From an uncultured beta proteobacterium (GTDB taxonomy: Bacteria; Pseudomonadota; Gammaproteobacteria; Burkholderiales; Casimicrobiaceae): a stretch of DNA of 64,000 nucleotides. Position numbers and translations under genes: made by a program. A model generated the notes under the pieces. It made no database searches, was not told the origin of the DNA, and worked only from the letters and a program-made list of their open reading frames with translations. Shown in pieces: positions 58,589-64,000 of this stretch (the stretch's first letter is position 1; each line of letters opens with the position of its first letter). Location: contig CAVOXS010000003.1 in NCBI GenBank assembly GCA_963700415.1, positions 45,256 through 109,255 on the forward strand, written 5' to 3'.

Positions 58589-60203
58589 ATGCAGATCGCG
58601 ATCGCGCAGCTGAACCAGGTCCTGGGGGATCTGCGCGGCAACGCTGCGGCGATACTGGCTGCGACGGGCGAGGCCAGCGCGCGCGGGCGCGCACCTCGTC
58701 GTGACGCCGGAACTTTCGCTTTGCGGGTATCCGCCCGAAGATCTGTTGCTGCGCCCGGCGTTTCTCGACGCCTGTGCCCGCGAGCTCGCCGCGTTGGCCG
58801 AGGGCGTGCGACACACGCCGGTCATCGTCGGCTTTCCCGAACGGGAGGACGGAAGCTGCTACAACGCACTCGCGCTGCTGGCCGACGGTCGCGTGACGTC
58901 CGTTTACCGCAAGCAGCAGCTGCCGAACTACACCGTGTTCGACGAGGAGCGCTATTTCGAGCCGGGACGCGCCCCGTGCGTCGTCACCGTCGATGGCACG
59001 ACCTTCGGGCTCCTGGTTTGCGAGGACGTCTGGTACGCCGGGCCGGCGCGACAGGCGAAGGAGGCGGGTGCGCAGGTGGTCGTCGTCGCCAACGGGTCGC
59101 CCTACCACACGCGACAGCACGATGCCCGGCGCGAGCAGGTCGGCGCCCGGGCGCGCGAGACCGGCCTGCCCTTCGTCTATGCCAACCGCGTCGGAGGACA
59201 GGACGAGCTGGTGTTCGACGGCGCGTCCTTCGTCATGGATGCGCGGGGTGACGTCGTGCAGCAGCTGCCGGCCTGGCACGAGACCGTCGCGCTCTCGACG
59301 TTCGACCACGGCGCGCCGCGACCGGTGCGCGGCTCGCTGGATCCGCGGCTCGAATGCCACGTCTACGAAGCGCTGGTGATGGGGGTCCGCGATTACGTCA
59401 CGAAGAACGGGTTTCCCGGCGTGTTGCTGGGCCTGTCCGGCGGGGTGGATTCGGCACTCGTGCTCGCCGTTGCCGTCGATGCGCTGGGGCGCGAGCGCGT
59501 GCGCGCGGTGATGATGCCGTCGCCGTACACGCGCGCGATCAGTCTTGAAGACGCGCGGGCGATGGCCGAGATCGTCGGCGTCCGCTACACCGAGCTTCCG
59601 ATCGAGCCGATGTTCGCGGCGTTCCGCCATGCGCTGGCGGACGAGTTCACGGGCCTGGCTCCCGATGCCGCGGAGGAGAACATCCAGGCGCGCGTCCGGG
59701 GGACGCTGCTGATGGCGCTGTCCAACAAGTTCGGCTCCATCGTCCTCACGACCGGCAACAAGTCGGAGATGGCTGTCGGCTACGCAACGCTCTACGGAGA
59801 CATGGCGGGGGGCTTCGGCGTGCTGAAGGACATCAGCAAGACGCTGGTCTACCGGCTTTGCGCCTACCGCAACGCGCTGGGCCGCGTGATCCCGGAACGG
59901 ATCATCACCCGCGCGCCGTCCGCGGAATTGCGCCCCGACCAGGTCGACCAGGACTCGCTGCCGCCCTACGACGCCCTCGACGGCATCCTGGAAGCCTACG
60001 TCGAGCAGGACAGGAGCCCGGGTGACATCGTGGCGATGGGCTTCGCGCCCGAGCACGTGCGCCGCGTGGTCCGGCTCATCAAGATCAACGAATACAAGCG
60101 GCGGCAGGCGGCGGTGGGCATCCGGATCACGCCGCGCGGGTTCGGCCGGGATTGGCGCTATCCGATCACTTCGGCGTGGCACGAATGGGAGGACGTCGTG
60201 TAA
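58589..60203 (+). pseudogene. nadE: glutamine-dependent NAD+ synthetase, +1 frame break near 58687
   Basis: MQIAIAQLNQVLGDLRGNAAAILAATGEASARG reads in one frame. AHLVVTPELSLCGYPPEDLLLRP...CEDVW...LSGGVDSALV...TTGNKSEMAVGYATLYGDM...[11 protein letters not shown] reads in the next. The span is 1615 nt (3n+1). Confidence 0.9.
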
Positions 60204-60208
60204 GCTAG

Positions 60209-60586
<378 letters not shown>

Positions 60587-60663
60587 CCGGATCCGCGCCG
60601 GGCGCGCGGCCGGCGGGGCCGTGGCGGCCAAGGCAGTTCGTCATCATCCAGGGAGAATGCGCC

Positions 60664-61098
60664 ATGTCTTTCGCAACCGAGTTTCGCGAGTTCGCGGTCA
60701 AGGGCAACGTGATGGATCTCGCGGTCGGCGTGATCATCGGCGCCGCGTTCGGCAAGATCGTCGATTCTCTGGTGAAGGACCTGATCATGCCGATCGTCGG
60801 CAGGATCTTCGGGGGCCTCGATTTTTCCAACTGGTACATCATGCTGGCCAGTCCGCCGGCGGGCTACAGCGGGCCCATGACCTACGACGCGCTGACCAAG
60901 GCGGGCGTGCCGCTGTTCGCCTACGGCAACTTCATCACCGTCGCGATCAATTTCATCATCCTCGCGCTCGTGATCTTCCTCATGATCCGCCAGGTCAACC
61001 GGCTGAAGCGGCAGTCGCCGCCGCCGCCGCCACCGGCGCCGTCCACGCCCGAGGACGTGGTCCTGCTGCGCGAGATCCGGGACGCGCTGCGCAAATAG
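60664..61098 (+). CDS. mscL: large-conductance mechanosensitive channel
   Basis: ATG at 60664: [43 protein letters not shown]...[26 protein letters not shown]. Confidence 0.9.
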   Translation: MSFATEFREFAVKGNVMDLAVGVIIGAAFGKIVDSLVKDLIMPIVGRIFGGLDFSNWYIMLASPPAGYSGPMTYDALTKAGVPLFAYGNFITVAINFIILALVIFLMIRQVNRLKRQSPPPPPPAPSTPEDVVLLREIRDALRK

Positions 61099-61335
61099 GC
61101 GGCGCCTGCCGGCCCGGCCCTGACGCCTTGGGGCCGCCGCCGGACGGCGGCCTCGGGGCGACAACGCCGCTTTCCTTGTCGGAGATCAAGGGCAGGCATT
61201 GACCGCCCGGGGGGCGCTTGCAAGAATCGATCGGGTTTGGCTGCGGCTGCCCCGGACGCCTGGCCGGAGCGGCCGAGGTCCGTGGCGAAGGCCCGAGGTT
61301 ATCCCTACAATCAACGAGGCTCTGGAGGAATCGAA

Positions 61336-62500
61336 ATGAACGACCGCAAACTGTTGCCCAAGCTCGTCGGGGCTCTCGCCGTTGCCGCCGCCGGTTTCGC
61401 GCTTTCCGCGCAAGCCGACATCAATGTCGGTGTCACGCTTTCGGCCACCGGTCCCGCCGCGTCGCTGGGCATTCCGGAAAAGAACACCATTGAACTCCTG
61501 CCCACGACGATCGGCGGCCAGAAGATCAACTGGATCGTGCTCGACGACGGCTCGGACACCACGAAGGCGGTCACCAACACCAAGAAGCTGATTTCCGAGG
61601 ACAAGGTCGACGTCATCGTCGGCTCGACGATCACGCCGAATTCGCTGGCGATGATCGACGTGGTCGCCGAAGCCGAAACGCCGATGATCTCGATGGCCGC
61701 GTCGGCGCGCATCGTGGATCCCGCGAACCCGAAGACGAAGTGGGTGTTCAAGACGCCGCAGAACGACGCGCTGATGGCCGACGCGATCGCCGTCCACATG
61801 AAGGCCACCGGGTTGAAGACGATGGCGCTACATCGGCTTCAACGACGCGTACGGTGAAGGCTGGCTGGGCGAGATGAGGCGCTCGGCGCAGACCGCGGGC
61901 ATCAAGATCGTCGCCGAGGAGAAGTACAACCGCAACGACGCGTCGGTGACCGGCCAGGTCCTGAAGATCGTCGCGGCGAATCCCGACGCCGTGCTCATCG
62001 GCGCGGCGGGCACGCCGGGCGCCACGCCGCAGAAGGAGCTGGTGGCGCGCAACTACAAGGGCAAGATCTACCAGACGCACGGCGTCGGCAACAACGACTT
62101 CCTGCGCGTCGTGGGCAAGGACGGCAACGGCACGATCCTGCCGATCGGGCCGATGCTCGTCTACGAGCAGCTGCCCGACTCGAACCCGCTGAAGAAGTCG
62201 GCGGCCGAATACATCGGCAAGTACGAGGCGAAGTACGGCAAGGGCTCGCGCTCGACCTTCGGCGGCCACGCCTGGGATTCGTACCTGCTGCTGTCGGCGG
62301 CGATCCCCGAGGCGCTGAAGAAGGCGAAGCCCGGCACCAAGGAATTCCGCGCCGCGCTGCGCGACGCGCTCGAGAACACCAAGGAGCTGGTCGCCTCGCA
62401 CGGGGTGTACACGATGTCGCCGACGGAGCACAACGGCCTCGACAACCGGGCCCGGACGATGGTCAAGATCGACAACGGCAAATGGGTTCTCGCGAAGTGA
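61336..62500 (+). pseudogene. branched-chain amino acid ABC transporter substrate-binding protein (LivK/LivJ-like), +1 frame break near 61828
   Basis: GGAGG lies before the ATG at 61336. A signal peptide (LVGALAVAAAGFALSAQA) and ...DVIVGSTITPNSLAM...HMKATGLKTMA read in one frame. YIGFNDAYGEGWLGEMRRSAQTAGIKIV...DNGKWVLAK* reads in the next. The span is 1165 nt (3n+1). Confidence 0.85.
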
Positions 62501-62583
62501 CCCGGCGCTGAGGCGAGGCCGGCTGCGGGCGCCGCGGCCGGCCTTTTTCTTGCGCGGCCCGCCGTTCCGGCGCACTCGCCCCG

Positions 62584-63621
62584 ATGGACCTCCAGATCTT
62601 CGCGTTGCTGACGCAGGATGGCATCACCAACGGTGCCGTCTACGCTCTGCTCGCGCTGGCGCTGGTGCTGGTCTTCACCGTCACGCGCGTGATCTGGATT
62701 CCGTCGGGCGAGTTCGTCGCGTACGGCACGCTGACGCTCGCCGGGCTCCAGCTCGGCAAGCCCCCGGGGACCGTCGGCCTGCTCGTGGGCATGGCCGTGG
62801 TGGCGGGCGCCATGGAGGTGGTCGCCTGCGCGCGGCGAGGGGAGCCGGAACGGATTCCGCGGCAGCTTGCGCTCTGGGCGGGCATCCCGATCGCGACCGC
62901 CGGGCTCGCCTGGTGGCTCGCGACGCCCTCGCTTCCGTTCTGGGCGCAGATTCTCGTGACGCTGGCGCTCGTCACCGCAATGGGTCCGCTGCTGTACCGG
63001 ATCGCCTACCAGCCGTTGGCGGAGGCGAGCGTACTGGTCCTGCTGATCGTCTCGGTGGCGGTTCACCTGACGCTCACGGGGCTCGGACTCTGGTTTTTCG
63101 GTGCCGAAGGTTCGCGCACGCCGGCCTTCGCGTCCGGTTCGTTCGACCTGGGCGGGGTCACTATCAGCATCCAGAGCCTGCTCGTCGTGGGGACGAGCGT
63201 CGCGATGATCGCCGCGCTCTATTTCTTCTTCGGGCGCACGCTCTACGGCAAGGCGCTGCGCGCGACGGCGTTGAACCGGATTGGCGCGCGGCTCGTCGGA
63301 ATTGCGCCCAATCTGGCAGGCTCGCTGACGTTTGCGCTCGCTACGCTGCTGTGCGCGTTCTCGGGCGTCCTGATCGGTCCGTTCACGACGGTCTATTACG
63401 ATTCGGGCTTCCTCGTCAGCCTGAAGGGATTCGTCGGTGCGATCATCGGCGGCCTGGTCAGCTACCCGCTGGCCGCGGCCGGTGCACTGCTCGTCGGCCT
63501 CATCGAGGCGTTCGCCTCCTACTGGGCCAGCGGCTTCAAGGAGGTGATCGTCTTCACGCTGATCATTCCCGTGCTGCTGTGGCGCAGCCTCACCACGCAC
63601 CAGCATGAGGAGGACGAGTGA
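62584..63621 (+). CDS. branched-chain amino acid ABC transporter permease (LivH-like)
   Basis: 345-aa ORF, hydrophobic throughout. Family motifs: [15 protein letters not shown], and [10 protein letters not shown] near the C-terminus. Confidence 0.85.
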   Translation: MDLQIFALLTQDGITNGAVYALLALALVLVFTVTRVIWIPSGEFVAYGTLTLAGLQLGKPPGTVGLLVGMAVVAGAMEVVACARRGEPERIPRQLALWAGIPIATAGLAWWLATPSLPFWAQILVTLALVTAMGPLLYRIAYQPLAEASVLVLLIVSVAVHLTLTGLGLWFFGAEGSRTPAFASGSFDLGGVTISIQSLLVVGTSVAMIAALYFFFGRTLYGKALRATALNRIGARLVGIAPNLAGSLTFALATLLCAFSGVLIGPFTTVYYDSGFLVSLKGFVGAIIGGLVSYPLAAAGALLVGLIEAFASYWASGFKEVIVFTLIIPVLLWRSLTTHQHEEDE

Positions 63622-64000
63622 GCGGGGCGCGCCGGCTGCCGGTCGGCAAACTCCGCTTCGTCGTCTTCGTCGCGCTGTTGGTCGGCGTGCCGCTCTTCGC
63701 GCCGGAATTCTGGGTGACGCTCGGCAATTACATCGGGCTCTACAGCATCGTGGCGCTGGGCCTGGTGTTGCTCACCGGCGTGGCCGGGCAGACCTCGTTC
63801 GGACAGGCCGCCTTCGTCGGCATCGGCGCCTACACGACGGCGATCCTCTCCACGCAATACGGGATGTCGCCATGGCTCAACCTGTGCGTCGGGCTGGCGC
63901 TGACGCTGGCGCTGGCGTTGTGCCTCGGCTTCATCACGTTGCGCATGAAGGGGCACTATCTCCCGCTCGCGACGATCGCCTGGGGCATCAGCCTTTTCTT
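63618..64000 (+). CDS. branched-chain amino acid ABC transporter permease (LivM-like), 3' end beyond the right window edge
   Basis: GTG at 63618 overlaps the livH-like stop (GTGA). The frame is open to the window end: [27 protein letters not shown]...[23 protein letters not shown]. Confidence 0.75.
   Translation, partial: MSGARRLPVGKLRFVVFVALLVGVPLFAPEFWVTLGNYIGLYSIVALGLVLLTGVAGQTSFGQAAFVGIGAYTTAILSTQYGMSPWLNLCVGLALTLALALCLGFITLRMKGHYLPLATIAWGISLF

Overview
This is a very GC-rich chromosomal segment with betaproteobacterial-looking gene order: rne<>rluC-HAD, YciO-like/M50 protease/trpS/scpA/scpB/rluB, nadE-glnB-mscL, and aminotransferase<>ABC exporter-uvrB. I support about 60 protein genes and three tRNAs (Leu-TAA, Cys-GCA, Gly-GCC). 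I see no CRISPR array, IS element, integrase or prophage genes.

The left third holds three loci. The first is an ArsS-type radical SAM operon. The second is a MarR-associated peptide/amide uptake locus (Dpp-like ABC system, creatininase, isoaspartyl peptidase, deacetylase). The third is the SOS mutagenesis set: lexA-GST-VOC-imuA-imuB, with dnaE2 4.4 kb away.

Three observations stand out.
1. A superfamily of short palindromic repeats has 78-nt units with ATCGGGGTC...GACCCCGAT or AATGGGGTCAGAGTCGA ends, and 33-76-nt units with GGGGACAGACC...GGTCTGTCCCC ends. It is concentrated in the SOS genes. Four copies sit in frame inside dnaE2 without breaking its 1161-codon ORF. Two more sit in imuB. Single copies lie flush against the ATGs of imuA and lexA.
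2. lexA and dnaE2 are preceded by CCGT-N8-ACGG palindromes rather than the classical CTGT-N8-ACAG SOS box.
3. At least 24 single-base frame breaks are scattered through otherwise well conserved genes, including nadE, rne and rluB. Assembly or sequencing indels explain this better than real gene decay, so I list the affected genes as pseudogenes only in the formal sense.

Between imuB and dnaE2 lies a patch of truncated or fused gene remnants. These are a phospholipase C/acid phosphatase 5' half, an M11-like metallopeptidase core, and a molybdopterin oxidoreductase lacking its start.

All coordinates and identities were worked out by hand and may be off by a few bases.
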